From: Candidatus Magasanikiibacteriota bacterium
GTDB taxonomy: Bacteria; Patescibacteriota; Patescibacteriia; Magasanikbacterales; GWA2-37-8
Reading direction: 5' to 3'
DNA: 64,000 nucleotides
NCBI GenBank assembly: GCA_963802255.1
Contig: CAWDHY010000002.1
Location: 4,867-68,866, forward strand
Part shown: positions 36,008-46,047 of the stretch, one piece after another
Layout of the letters: every line of letters starts with the position of its first letter
How positions within the stretch are numbered: the first letter of the stretch is position 1
The notes under the pieces: generated by a model
What the model saw: only the letters and a program-made list of their open reading frames with translations
What the model was told of the DNA's origin: nothing
Database searches by the model: none
Position numbers and translations under genes: made by a program

Positions 36008-38548
36008 ATGGACCAGATTGACTATTCAACTTTAGTTGCATCAAATTCTGATCTTATATTAATCCTGGCAGCCGCCGTTGGATCCATTTTAACTTTTATC
36101 ATTTTTTTAAATGTAATCAGAAAGATACTGCATGCTAAGGCTAAGACGAGCAAAGCATTTCACCGGACAGTTTTATTAATAAAAATTCCAAAGGAACGCG
36201 GCGGAGAAAAACAAGAATCCGGACAGGAAGATAATATCAATCAAATTCGCGAGCAGATAGCCATGGCCGAAACGCTTTTTTCCACCATTGCCGGATTATC
36301 TGCGGAAAAAGGTTTTATGGCCTGGTTAAGAGGAAGAAACGACCATTTGGCATTTGAGATCGTGGTTTCCAATGGAAAAATATCATTTTATGCGGCCATC
36401 CCCGACAAGTTAAAAGATTTTATTGGACAACAAATTCATGCCCAATATCCCCATTCGCAAATTACGGAGGAGTCCGATTACAATATTTTTAAACCCGACA
36501 GCCATATTGTCGGTGCATATCTGCATTTCAAATCACGCTCCGCCTTTCCGCTAAAGACATACAAACAACTGGAGAGCGATCCCCTACTCTCCCTTTTAAA
36601 TCCGCTGAGCAAATTATCCGAAAATGAAGGAGCGCTTATTCAATATGTAATCCGCCCGGCTCCGCCTGCATGGCGAAGCCAAGGAGTAAGCATGATAAGA
36701 GAAATTCGCGGAGGACAAAAATTTGAAAATGTTGCGAGCAGAAGCGGCGTGTCAAAATCCTTAAATAAATGGAAGAAATTTTTTTCAAGTGGAAAAAAAG
36801 ATAATTCAAAACAAGGGCCTGGCGCCACAGAGCCCTATCGCCTAACTCAGCAGGAAGAAGAAATGGTGAAAAGCATGGAAGAAAAATTAAGTTTAGGCGG
36901 ACTGGAGTTGACGATACGACTGGTCAGTTCAGCCCCAACTCGCGAAAAAGCAAAACTAATTTTAGAAAATTCTCTTAACTCTTTCAGTCAGTATAGCATC
37001 TACCGCTATGGTAACGCCCTAGGAGCATCAGTGCCTGCCAAACCGGGAAAACTTATCCGTGAATCAATTTATCGCTCACCACAGGAAAAGTATAATATGG
37101 TGGCAAGCACAGCTGAAATGGCAGGTTTTTGGCATTTGCCGCTACCTTCCACCGAAACACCTCATATCGACTGGCTAGGAGCACGAAAGGCCCCACCGCC
37201 GTTAAATATGCCGACTGAAGGCATTATCTTAGGCAGAACGCTTTACAGGGGCGAAGAAACGATTATCCGCATGACTCGATCCGACCGGCGTCGACATCTT
37301 TACACAATCGGTAAATCCGGCTCGGGCAAATCGGTATTTATACAGAATTTAGCGGTGCAGGACGTCCTAAATGGCGAAGGAGTTTGCGTTATTGACCCAC
37401 ATGGCGATTTTGCAGAGTACGTTTTGCAACATGTTCCCAAGGAACGGGCGGAAGATGTAATTTATTTTAATCCATCCGATGTTGATCGTCCGGTCGGCAT
37501 GAATATGCTTGAAATTAAAACCGAGGATCAAAAAGATTTCGCCACTCAAGAAATGATTTCAATTTTTTATAAAATGGTAACAGACCCCTCGATGATCGGC
37601 CCGATGTTCGAGCATAATATGCGCAACGTTATGCTGACATTAATGTCAGATATGGAAATGCCGGGAACGATCGCTGAAATTCCGCGTATGTTTACGGACG
37701 ACGCATTTGTTGAGTCATGGAAAAAGAAATTGAAAGACCCGGTGGTAATGTCATTCTGGGAAAAGGAAATGGCCAAAACATCCGACTTTCATAAATCGGA
37801 AATGCTTGGCTATCTCATTTCTAAAGTCGGACGCTTTACTGAAAATGCCATGATCCGAAATATTATCGGCCAATCACATTCGGGCTTTAATTTCCGCGAC
37901 GTCATGGACCAAAAAAAGATACTTTTGGTAAATCTGGCAAAGGGCTTGGTCGGCGAAATTAACGCCAATCTTCTCGGAATGATTATCGTATCAAAATTAC
38001 AAATGGCGGCCTTGGAACGCGCTTCATTGCCCGAAGAAGAACGACATGATTTTTATCTGTACATCGACGAGTTCCAAAACTTTATAACAGACTCGATCGC
38101 CACAATCCTTTCTGAAGCACGAAAATACCGTTTAGAGTTAATCATCGCCCATCAGTATATGAAACAACTGGAAGATAATAAAGGCAAAACAACAGTCCGC
38201 GACGCTGTGCTGGGTAATGCCGGTACATTGGTTTCATTCCGTATCGGAATTGAAGATGCAGAAATACTTCAAAAAGAATTTGCCCCGGTATTTTCAGCAT
38301 ATGATTTAATTAACGTAGAGCAATATACGGCCTATGTTAAATTGCTTATTGACAACACGGCAGCAAAACCGTTTAATATGATGACTTATCCGCCTCAGCC
38401 GGGAAACAAGGAGCTGGCTGCTGCCATTAAGGAGTTATCGAGGCTTAAATATGGCCGGCCGCGCGAAATTGTGGAAGCAGAAATACTTGAGAGATCCCAG
38501 CTCGGATCAGCTGTGCCTCAAAACACGATAAGCGAACAATCACTCTAA
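36008..38548 (+). CDS. VirB4/TraG-VirD4/HerA-like membrane ATPase
   Basis: RHLYTIGKSGSGKS, IDPHGD, LYIDEFQ, SEARKY.L..IAHQ; N-terminal TM plus a ~400-aa N-domain. Confidence 0.88.
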   Translation: MDQIDYSTLVASNSDLILILAAAVGSILTFIIFLNVIRKILHAKAKTSKAFHRTVLLIKIPKERGGEKQESGQEDNINQIREQIAMAETLFSTIAGLSAEKGFMAWLRGRNDHLAFEIVVSNGKISFYAAIPDKLKDFIGQQIHAQYPHSQITEESDYNIFKPDSHIVGAYLHFKSRSAFPLKTYKQLESDPLLSLLNPLSKLSENEGALIQYVIRPAPPAWRSQGVSMIREIRGGQKFENVASRSGVSKSLNKWKKFFSSGKKDNSKQGPGATEPYRLTQQEEEMVKSMEEKLSLGGLELTIRLVSSAPTREKAKLILENSLNSFSQYSIYRYGNALGASVPAKPGKLIRESIYRSPQEKYNMVASTAEMAGFWHLPLPSTETPHIDWLGARKAPPPLNMPTEGIILGRTLYRGEETIIRMTRSDRRRHLYTIGKSGSGKSVFIQNLAVQDVLNGEGVCVIDPHGDFAEYVLQHVPKERAEDVIYFNPSDVDRPVGMNMLEIKTEDQKDFATQEMISIFYKMVTDPSMIGPMFEHNMRNVMLTLMSDMEMPGTIAEIPRMFTDDAFVESWKKKLKDPVVMSFWEKEMAKTSDFHKSEMLGYLISKVGRFTENAMIRNIIGQSHSGFNFRDVMDQKKILLVNLAKGLVGEINANLLGMIIVSKLQMAALERASLPEEERHDFYLYIDEFQNFITDSIATILSEARKYRLELIIAHQYMKQLEDNKGKTTVRDAVLGNAGTLVSFRIGIEDAEILQKEFAPVFSAYDLINVEQYTAYVKLLIDNTAAKPFNMMTYPPQPGNKELAAAIKELSRLKYGRPREIVEAEILERSQLGSAVPQNTISEQSL

Positions 38549-38557
38549 ATATAAATT

Positions 38558-40117
38558 ATGGCAACATTATACCGAAAATACCGTCCGCAAAAATTTGCCG
38601 ATCTTGTCGGTCAGGAACATCTGGTGCAAACTCTGACTAACGAAATCAGCTCGGGTAAAATTGCCCATGCTTATTTATTCTCCGGGCCTCGTGGCATCGG
38701 CAAAACAACAATGGCACGTCTTTTAGCTAAAGCGATTAATTGCGAAAATCATCGTGACGGTAAATTTGAGCCATGCGACGACTGTACATCATGCAAAGAA
38801 ATATCCGTTGCGCGTAATATTGACGTAATAGAAATTGATGCCGCCTCAAATACCGGCGTCGATAATGTAAGAGAAAATATTATTGACAATGCACAATTTA
38901 AACCGACAAAATCAAAATATAAAGTGTTTATCATTGACGAGGTTCACATGCTTTCCAGCAGTTCCTTCAATGCTCTGCTTAAAACCCTCGAAGAACCACC
39001 GGCTCACGTCATTTTTGTTCTGGCAACCACTGAACTTCAAAAGTTGCCCGCTACAATAATATCACGCTGCCAAAGATTTAACTTCAAAAAAATTCCTGAA
39101 GAAATAATGATGAAAAGGCTTGTCGAAATAGCTGAAGGCGAAAAAATTAAAATTGAAAAAGATGTTTTAAAACGGGTAATAACAAAAAGTGACGGTTGCA
39201 TGCGCGATGCGGAAAGTTTGCTGGGACAAATAATGTCGTTAAATCTGAAAAAAATCGGATCTGAAGACGCGGCCCAAATATTACCCACTGCCGATATTGA
39301 ATCTGCCCTTAATTATATTCAAGCTATTGCTGAAAAAAATCCTGGCAGAGCAATTTCAATTTTGGAAGAATTAGCGAAAGATGGCATGTCAATTGATCAA
39401 TTTGCCTTGGATGTAATTGATGTTTTACGGGCAACAATGATTGCCGAAACGGGAAGTACGGCATACGGTCTGGACTATACGGAAAAAGACAGAAAACAAC
39501 TGATGCCGCTGGCAAAAAAGTTAGGCAACCAATTATTAATCCCCCTTATCGATGCTGCATTAAAGCGTAAATCAGAAATTAAACAATCAACCGTTCCACA
39601 GTTGCCGATGGAACTTTTGGCGGTTGAATTCGGATCAGACAATGATGATGAGACGCCGAAAAATCCGCCGATAATTAAGCACATCGCGTCAGATGAGACG
39701 CCGGAAAATAGCGCGGAAAGTCAGCCGGGCATTTCAAATTCAAAAATTCACGAGCCGGAGAAGACTACAAGCACAACTTCAGCTTCTGAATCATTAACTA
39801 TTGAACAAATTTCAGAAAAATGGCAGGATGCAATAAGAATCCTATCGGAGAACTTTCCTTCACTTGTTTTCGTTCTAAAAATGGCAGAAATTTCAAGCGC
39901 CGGAAAGAATAAATTCAATCTTATGTTCCCTTACTCTTTTCACAAAGAAAAAGTAGAAGACAAAAAATGTCGGAGAGCGATTGAAGAAATAATGTCCGAT
40001 TTATTAAAACAAAAAATATCTTTTTCCTGTAGTGTAAGTGAACAGGAGGTAAAATCCGTTGAGGAAACGGATCTGTCAGGCATAGCTGCGCAATTTGGCG
40101 GTGAAGTTATCTCGTAA
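38558..40117 (+). CDS. dnaX: DNA polymerase III gamma/tau
   Basis: LYRKYRPQ, GPRGIGKT, EIDAASN, DEVHML, SRCQ. Confidence 0.97.
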   Translation: MATLYRKYRPQKFADLVGQEHLVQTLTNEISSGKIAHAYLFSGPRGIGKTTMARLLAKAINCENHRDGKFEPCDDCTSCKEISVARNIDVIEIDAASNTGVDNVRENIIDNAQFKPTKSKYKVFIIDEVHMLSSSSFNALLKTLEEPPAHVIFVLATTELQKLPATIISRCQRFNFKKIPEEIMMKRLVEIAEGEKIKIEKDVLKRVITKSDGCMRDAESLLGQIMSLNLKKIGSEDAAQILPTADIESALNYIQAIAEKNPGRAISILEELAKDGMSIDQFALDVIDVLRATMIAETGSTAYGLDYTEKDRKQLMPLAKKLGNQLLIPLIDAALKRKSEIKQSTVPQLPMELLAVEFGSDNDDETPKNPPIIKHIASDETPENSAESQPGISNSKIHEPEKTTSTTSASESLTIEQISEKWQDAIRILSENFPSLVFVLKMAEISSAGKNKFNLMFPYSFHKEKVEDKKCRRAIEEIMSDLLKQKISFSCSVSEQEVKSVEETDLSGIAAQFGGEVIS

Positions 40118-40125
40118 ATTAATCT

Positions 40126-40950
40126 ATGAATACAATGAATATCTTAATTACAATGGCTTTGGGCATTGCTTTTCCCACGACTCCGATTATCACTCCACCG
40201 GAGATGGTTGACCTCGATGTTCCTTTTGTAACAGAAATTCCTGACGGACAATGGACGGCTCCTTGGAACAACGCCTGTGAAGAAGCGTCTGTCACTATGG
40301 TTGACCAATATTATTTAGGAGTTAAAGAAATCTCAAGAGCTGAATCAAAAAAACTGATGTGGCCGCTCTTTGCCGCAGAGATCAAACTTTTTGGCTATAA
40401 CGCGGACACAAATGCTGAAGAAACAGCGGAATTGGCGGAAAACATGCTTGATTTTGCGATCACAATTAAGGATAACCCGACTCTTGAAGATATAAAAAAT
40501 GAGCTTCGCAATAAACGGCCGGTAATTTCCATGCATTATGGCTTTGCATTAAACAACCCTGCTTTACGCTTTCGCAGAGAAGGATCCTCATTCCACATGA
40601 TGGTTATCAGCGGTTTTGATGATAAGACGCAAGAATTTATAGTTGAAGACCCGGGAAATCCTAACGGGGTTGACTTTCGCTATAAATATGATAACATCAT
40701 GAGCACTCTGCATGATTTCAATCACAAAGACAAAAAGGCTGACGGACCAGCCAGGGTACTTTTCACTTCAGAAAAAATGTTGGCAAAAGCCGCTGGTGGT
40801 ACAAGAATATTCCTGATAAAAGACAATAAAAAACACTACATAGCTCATCCTGATCTATTCAAAAAATACGGATGGAGCTGGACAAAAGTAAAATCAGTGG
40901 ATAAATCTTTTCTTGACAACCTGGAAAACGGCGAGGCAATACGTAATTGA
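40126..40950 (+). CDS. secreted C39-like cysteine peptidase with C-terminal surface domain
   Basis: LDVPF, NACEEAS (Cys), HMMVISGFD (His), EDPG (Asp). Confidence 0.75.
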   Translation: MNTMNILITMALGIAFPTTPIITPPEMVDLDVPFVTEIPDGQWTAPWNNACEEASVTMVDQYYLGVKEISRAESKKLMWPLFAAEIKLFGYNADTNAEETAELAENMLDFAITIKDNPTLEDIKNELRNKRPVISMHYGFALNNPALRFRREGSSFHMMVISGFDDKTQEFIVEDPGNPNGVDFRYKYDNIMSTLHDFNHKDKKADGPARVLFTSEKMLAKAAGGTRIFLIKDNKKHYIAHPDLFKKYGWSWTKVKSVDKSFLDNLENGEAIRN

Positions 40951-40960
40951 TATTTCACTA

Positions 40961-41034
40961 TCCGGGATCGTCTAATGGCAGGACTGCAGACTCTGAATCT
41001 GCATATCTTGGTTCGAATCCAAGTCCCGGAACCA
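40961..41034 (+). tRNA. trnQ: tRNA-Gln(CTG)
   Basis: TCCGGGATCGTCTAATGGCAGGACTGCAGACTCTGAATCTGCATATCTTGGTTCGAATCCAAGTCCCGGAACCA; CCA encoded. Confidence 0.95.
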
Positions 41035-41080
41035 TTTTTTATATCATCGCCATCTGACAATAATTAGATTTTATTAAATT

Positions 41081-41116
41081 AAAAAATCCTCCGCTATCTG
41101 GCGAAGGATTTTTTTA
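41081..41116. terminator. bidirectional terminator
   Basis: AAAAAATCCT.CGC...GCG.AGGATTTTTTT. Confidence 0.7.
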
Positions 41117-41141
41117 TTTATTTCCATTCAGAACTGCCCAA

Positions 41142-41774
41142 TTATTTTTTCGGAGCACCCGCTTTTTTTGCCGGTGTTTTTTTCTTAGCAACAGTTTTTT
41201 TTGCCAATGACTTAGGCTTTGCCGTCACTTTATTATTTTTTTTGATTTCATTTTTTTCTTCAACAATTTTCGTTGCTTCTTTTTCCTTTTTTCCGCCTCC
41301 CAATGCCTGCAAAATTTGATCGAGCTTAACGTTTAATACAGCAAACTGCTGTTTAATATTTTCACCGCCTTTTTCTTGTGATCCTCCGGCGCTATTCTTT
41401 CCAAAACAAGCATCACAAAATACCGACTTTCCCGGCATTGGTTTAAAAGGTACTCGACACTTTGTTCCGCATTTAGCGCAAACTGTCTCGTGCATTTGTT
41501 TATCATCACGTGGTCTTCCCTGTCTTTCACCGCCAAATCTACTATTTGACCTATCATTGCTGCCACCACCTTGTCTGTCAAAACAAGCACTGCAAAAAAC
41601 AGGCCTATCACCTGTTGGCTTAAAAGGAATTTCACATTCTTTACCGCATTTACTGCAGATTGCCTGATGCATTTGCGTCCTACCGCCGCCAAAACCGCCT
41701 CTATTACCCCCGCCGAATGGCCTTCCGCCAAATCTGCTTCCTCCCGGTCTATTACTTCGGTTAAAATCTCCCAT
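41142..41774 (-). CDS. CxxC-x17-CxxC domain protein (two copies, RGG-rich, Lys-rich tail)
   Basis: CSKCG..CEIPFKP..RPVFCSACF and CAKCG..CRVPFKP..VFCDACF. Start set to 41774 (MGDFNR). Confidence 0.88.
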   Translation of the reverse strand: MGDFNRSNRPGGSRFGGRPFGGGNRGGFGGGRTQMHQAICSKCGKECEIPFKPTGDRPVFCSACFDRQGGGSNDRSNSRFGGERQGRPRDDKQMHETVCAKCGTKCRVPFKPMPGKSVFCDACFGKNSAGGSQEKGGENIKQQFAVLNVKLDQILQALGGGKKEKEATKIVEEKNEIKKNNKVTAKPKSLAKKTVAKKKTPAKKAGAPKK

Positions 41775-41903
41775 ATATTTGTATAAATGAGTTATAAATA
41801 CTGTAAATCGTAGTCTATCACAGTTTATATAAAAAATCAATGGTCAGCCTTGTTCATGGAGAATATTGCTTTCCCTGCATCCAACATGATATTCTATATT
41901 CAT

Positions 41904-42599
41904 ATGCAAAAAATAGCCATTATTATTCCCACCTATCACGAAAAAGTGAATATCCGGCCGCTAGTCGAGAGAATTTTTGCCCAAAAAATTCCGAATTTAA
42001 CAATCATTTTTGTCGACGATAATTCATCTGACGGCACACCAGAAGAAATACATGAATTATCAAAACAATATCAGATAGAAATAATCAGGAGGGCCAACAA
42101 ACTGGGAATCGGCTCCGCTTATATTTGCGGTTTTCGTAAAGCATTAAATGAACAATATGATTTGATTATGGAAATGGACGCTGATTTATCGCATGCACCC
42201 GAAGATATTCCAAAAATTTTGACGGCAATTTATAACGGAGCGGACATGGTTATCGGTTCCAGAAAAATTCCCGGCGGTGAAATTGTCGGATGGAATTGGA
42301 GAAGGCACTTAATGAGCAACGGGGCGATGATTATTTCCAGATTAATGCTTAAACTAAAAACAAAAGATGTGACAGCCGGATTTAGATGTTACAAAAGAAA
42401 AGTTTTAGAAAAAATTGATTTAGAAAAAATAAAAAGCAATGGCTATGCTTTTCAGGAAGAGATGCTTTTTTGGGCGGAAAAGCTAGGTTTTAAAGTTGTT
42501 GAAGTACCGGTAAAATTTATTGATCGAAAAATGGGACACTCAAAACTGTCAGGCAAGGACATAGTGGAGTTTTTTAAAGTGATGATAAAATTGTTTTAA
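41904..42599 (+). CDS. polyprenol monophosphomannose synthase (GT2)
   Basis: IIIPTYHE, VDDNSSDGT, EMDADLSH, GYAFQEE. Start set to 41904. Confidence 0.92.
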   Translation: MQKIAIIIPTYHEKVNIRPLVERIFAQKIPNLTIIFVDDNSSDGTPEEIHELSKQYQIEIIRRANKLGIGSAYICGFRKALNEQYDLIMEMDADLSHAPEDIPKILTAIYNGADMVIGSRKIPGGEIVGWNWRRHLMSNGAMIISRLMLKLKTKDVTAGFRCYKRKVLEKIDLEKIKSNGYAFQEEMLFWAEKLGFKVVEVPVKFIDRKMGHSKLSGKDIVEFFKVMIKLF

Positions 42600-43503
42600 G
42601 CTCATCCAAAGTATTTACCCGCACTAATTTAGCGCGTAGTTTTTTTATACCGAAAATTTCATTGATCCGGTCTCCATGAAAATACCACGCGAGATGTTTT
42701 CTGAAGGACGTCATTCCCCTCTCACCGTAATGTTTAACATGAAGCTCAGCATGACGAATTACGGTGTCAATTATTTGGCTCATTTCTGCGTGATTATTAT
42801 TTGTATTCAATATCCATGGATTGCCAAGCGCCCCTCTGCCTATCATCACACCATCAGCACCGGTTATTTGCAGACAATTAAGAATATCTTCTTTAGTTCG
42901 AATATCACCGTTTGCCAATAGAGGTATTGAAAGCGTTTTTTTAACTTCTGCGATTCTCCGCCAATTGGCCTGTCCTGAATATCCTTGAATTTTTGTTCTG
43001 CCATGAACAGCAATCAAATCAATACCGGCATTTTCTAATCGTTTAGAAAAATCAAAAATTTCATCATCCCGGCTCCAGCCAAGACGCGTCTTTGCGGAAA
43101 GTGGCACACCGATATTTTCTTTTTTTATAGCCTCGACAATTTTTATCGCTAAATCCGGATGACGCATCAAAGACGCTCCGGCTTTTGTTTTATGTGCAAC
43201 TTTTGGTACCGGACATCCCATGTTAATATCAATACCATCTGGTTTAAAACTATCGACAATTAATCGCGCGGCTTTAGCCATTGTCAAAGGATCATCGCCA
43301 AATATCTGAATAATAACAGGATGCTCTTTCCCCATGATTTCGCACATGCGTAATGTTTTTTCATTACATCGCACTATCGCCGCAGAGCTCACCATTTCAC
43401 GGTAAATTACAAAATCATTACCGCTGATTTCACGGCATAATAAACCAAAAGGCCGATCGGTATAGTCGGCCATTGGAGCAAGGGCAATAATAGATTTAGG
43501 CAT
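42574..43503 (-). CDS. dusB: tRNA-dihydrouridine synthase
   Basis: LAPMADYTD, DINMGCP, VHGRT, ANGDI, MIGRG. Start set to 43503. Confidence 0.93.
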   Translation of the reverse strand: MPKSIIALAPMADYTDRPFGLLCREISGNDFVIYREMVSSAAIVRCNEKTLRMCEIMGKEHPVIIQIFGDDPLTMAKAARLIVDSFKPDGIDINMGCPVPKVAHKTKAGASLMRHPDLAIKIVEAIKKENIGVPLSAKTRLGWSRDDEIFDFSKRLENAGIDLIAVHGRTKIQGYSGQANWRRIAEVKKTLSIPLLANGDIRTKEDILNCLQITGADGVMIGRGALGNPWILNTNNNHAEMSQIIDTVIRHAELHVKHYGERGMTSFRKHLAWYFHGDRINEIFGIKKLRAKLVRVNTLDELKTILSSL

Positions 43504-44875
43504 AAGGTAAATCTTCCGGCGCCGGCGCCTTCGGCTTTTCTTCTTTATTTTGATCAACCGCCTTTGATTTTAAAGGCATGGTAAAATGCTCTACCGGTAA
43601 ATTTATTGGTGGTTCGCCACGTTTAATATTTGCTTTCTGGATCAACGGAGTTTTAACCAGCGGTAATGGAAAATGCCAGATAGTAGCCAGTTCTTCAATG
43701 TTAAGAATATACGGGTCATTGGTAAATTTTAGCGCACGATTTTTATAAGCTGATACGATGTTTTGACCGCTAATTATCTTCGCCTTAAAACCATTGCGGT
43801 TGTTTATATAAAATTGATTCATGGCACCGATTAAACCCTGGACGCATTTATGCGGTTTGAATAATTCATTTTTCGCGGCATATAAGACGCGTACTCTGGA
43901 TTTAAACCCAAGTTTTGATATTTTATCTTCAATAGATTCAATTACCGCTCTTGCTCCCGGCGTTAAGTCGGATACTTTTCCCACAGTTTCTTCCTTCTTT
44001 TTTTTCTCTTCTTCGGCGCTAAAATCATATTTCCATGCCTGGATAGCTGTTTTTAACACCCATTCCGGCGCACTCCCAACCATACTAACTAAGCCGTTTT
44101 TCTTCGGCTCTTTTTTATTGGCAACTATTTTCTTAACCAAATCAATACCATCTTTTTTCCAGCTATTATCAACCGGTAAGACAACAATTTGCATCCATAA
44201 ATGTTCACCCGGCCCAATGCGGGAAAAATTTTCCAATATGGCGGCCATAGGATCGGTAAATACGACATCTTTGGAAATAGTATACTCGAATTCAGAATAA
44301 ACCCGGATTGGATATACGTCACTTTCCGCTAAACTAAACTCCGCGCCTTGCGCATCATATTCGGAATTGGGAAATGTCTCCGGTATCATTGAAACATAAT
44401 CTTCAACTTCAGTAATTTCCGCTTCCGAATACTGGGCATAAATTGCCGCTTCAACTAAATCTCGAAAAGATACTTCGGTGCGCACAACAAATTGTATATA
44501 CCCTTCGACACTGATAATTTCGAAACTAAACCATTTCGGCAGTTTCCCCTCAAAGTACCTTTCATAAACATTATAATTTACTTGTGCGCCACTCAAATGT
44601 ACAAAAATTTGTTCAACCGCTTTTGGCGATTGGACAAACTCTGCCGGAATATCCACCGCAAGCACGGTCCATTGCCAAGTTTTTAAGTACTCCTTCTGTT
44701 TAAACAACATCCATTCGTCAAGCGCTTTTTTAAATAAAAAAATTGCGATTAGCCACCATACTAAAATCGCAAAAATTGCTTTTGCCATTTCAAAAGGAGG
44801 CAATGACAAAAATGTCTGCCAAAAAGACAAATTAATACTGAAGCCAAACGGTGTTTCAAAAAGCCACGGCTCCAT
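43496..44875 (-). CDS. membrane protein paralogous to the N-domain of the 36008 ATPase, without ATPase domain
   Basis: Shared motifs FEI, AQY..(A/S).ITE..DY, P(I/L)..Y, DP, WH(F/L)PLP, PP.N(L/M)P. Confidence 0.8.
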   Translation of the reverse strand: MEPWLFETPFGFSINLSFWQTFLSLPPFEMAKAIFAILVWWLIAIFLFKKALDEWMLFKQKEYLKTWQWTVLAVDIPAEFVQSPKAVEQIFVHLSGAQVNYNVYERYFEGKLPKWFSFEIISVEGYIQFVVRTEVSFRDLVEAAIYAQYSEAEITEVEDYVSMIPETFPNSEYDAQGAEFSLAESDVYPIRVYSEFEYTISKDVVFTDPMAAILENFSRIGPGEHLWMQIVVLPVDNSWKKDGIDLVKKIVANKKEPKKNGLVSMVGSAPEWVLKTAIQAWKYDFSAEEEKKKKEETVGKVSDLTPGARAVIESIEDKISKLGFKSRVRVLYAAKNELFKPHKCVQGLIGAMNQFYINNRNGFKAKIISGQNIVSAYKNRALKFTNDPYILNIEELATIWHFPLPLVKTPLIQKANIKRGEPPINLPVEHFTMPLKSKAVDQNKEEKPKAPAPEDLPYA

Positions 44876-44882
44876 AACAACA

Positions 44883-45041
44883 TTATTTTAAGGCGTTGAA
44901 AATGCCGCCATAAACAATAAGAACGGCAAAGCCCGTCCACCACCAACTAAAACCGGCGGAAAAATAACCGCCAAGATATGCTAACAAAGCAATCATAGTG
45001 ATGATGAATGCCACAAAATGACGAGTGGAATTATCGCTCAT
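44883..45041 (-). CDS. small two-TM protein (52 aa)
   Basis: Manual translation MSDNSTRHFVAFIITMIALLAYLGGYFSAGFSWWWTGFAVLIVYGGIFNALK; TGGTATAAT promoter upstream; 7 nt before the next gene. Confidence 0.7.
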   Translation of the reverse strand: MSDNSTRHFVAFIITMIALLAYLGGYFSAGFSWWWTGFAVLIVYGGIFNALK

Positions 45042-45086
45042 AATACAATATTTTTAATGATGTTATTATACCACAATTCTAAAAAC

Positions 45087-45116
45087 AAAAAAACCGCCCA
45101 AAAGGGCGGCTTTTTT
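45087..45116. terminator. terminator after secF
   Basis: AAAAAACCGCCC-aaaa-GGGCGGCTTTTTT. Confidence 0.8.
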
Positions 45117-45123
45117 AAGAAAA

Positions 45124-46038
45124 TTAAGCTTTCTTTCTCTGCCAGCGTTCGACATAAACCAATAACGGAGAAGCGATAAAAATGGATGAATATGCTCCGG
45201 AAGTAATACCTACAAGTAAAGCCAGGGTAAAATTGTGAATAGTGACCCCACCAAAGAAAAATAAGGCTAATAGAGGAATAAGAGTGGTTAACGTCGTATT
45301 TATAGAACGCATTATCGTCTGATTCAAACCGACATTTACCATATCCTCAAACGATTCGGATGTTCGGCGTAACAATCTTTCACGGATTCTGTCATAAACA
45401 ACGATACAGTCATTTACCGAGTAGCCCAATATCGTTAAAACAGCAACAATAAAGGCGACATCGATTTCTGTGCCATAATAATGACCGAGAAGTGAAAATA
45501 AACCGATTACGATCAAAATATCATGTGCCATGGCAATCACACATAAAGCCCCGTATTTCCAGCTTGCCACAGGACGCGATACGCCCCGGAAAGCATAAGC
45601 AATGTACGCAATAATACCAATACACACTAAAATGAAGGCCCAAACTGAACGCTGACGCAATTGCTGGCTGACTGATGGCCCGATCATTTCAAAACGTGAC
45701 TCTAATATTGTATTTTCTTCGCTCTCAAATTCACTCTTTATCACACTAAATGTTTTTTGATGGGATTCTTCTGTCATAGTGGCGGTACGAATAATAACAC
45801 CACTATCCCCTGTTTTCTGGATAATAACATTTTTTATGTCTGATTTTTCCAGCACTGAGACAATCTGATTATTTTCAGGCCGGACCTTGGAAAACTCAAG
45901 TTCCATCAATGAACCGCCGGTAAAATCAATACCGAATTTTAAACCCCATACGGCTATGACGGCAATACTTAATGCCGCTAAAGCAGCGCTGAAAAAAAGC
46001 CAAATTTTTGAATACTTAATAAACGGTATATATTTCAT
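45124..46038 (-). CDS. secF: protein translocase subunit SecF
   Basis: GIDFTGG, GYSVND.IVVYDRIRE, RSINT, YSSIFIA. Confidence 0.97.
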   Translation of the reverse strand: MKYIPFIKYSKIWLFFSAALAALSIAVIAVWGLKFGIDFTGGSLMELEFSKVRPENNQIVSVLEKSDIKNVIIQKTGDSGVIIRTATMTEESHQKTFSVIKSEFESEENTILESRFEMIGPSVSQQLRQRSVWAFILVCIGIIAYIAYAFRGVSRPVASWKYGALCVIAMAHDILIVIGLFSLLGHYYGTEIDVAFIVAVLTILGYSVNDCIVVYDRIRERLLRRTSESFEDMVNVGLNQTIMRSINTTLTTLIPLLALFFFGGVTIHNFTLALLVGITSGAYSSIFIASPLLVYVERWQRKKA

Positions 46039-46047
46039 ATGAAAATA

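Noticed and set aside
39513-39570. A_AAA_AAG slippery heptamer in frame in dnaX (GCA AAA AAG), as in the E. coli gamma/tau frameshift
   Set aside because: It falls near codon 319, inside domain III, so a -1 product would lack the oligomerisation collar. No upstream internal SD or downstream hairpin is seen, and the heptamer is common in AT-rich DNA.
39647-39710. Direct repeat GATGAGACGCCG.AAAAT twice in dnaX
   Set aside because: Only two copies, in frame (DETPKN/DETPEN) within a low-complexity linker; not CRISPR or a mobile element.
42574-42599. 26-nt convergent overlap of the mannose synthase and dusB 3' ends
   Set aside because: Ordinary in compact genomes; no further signal.
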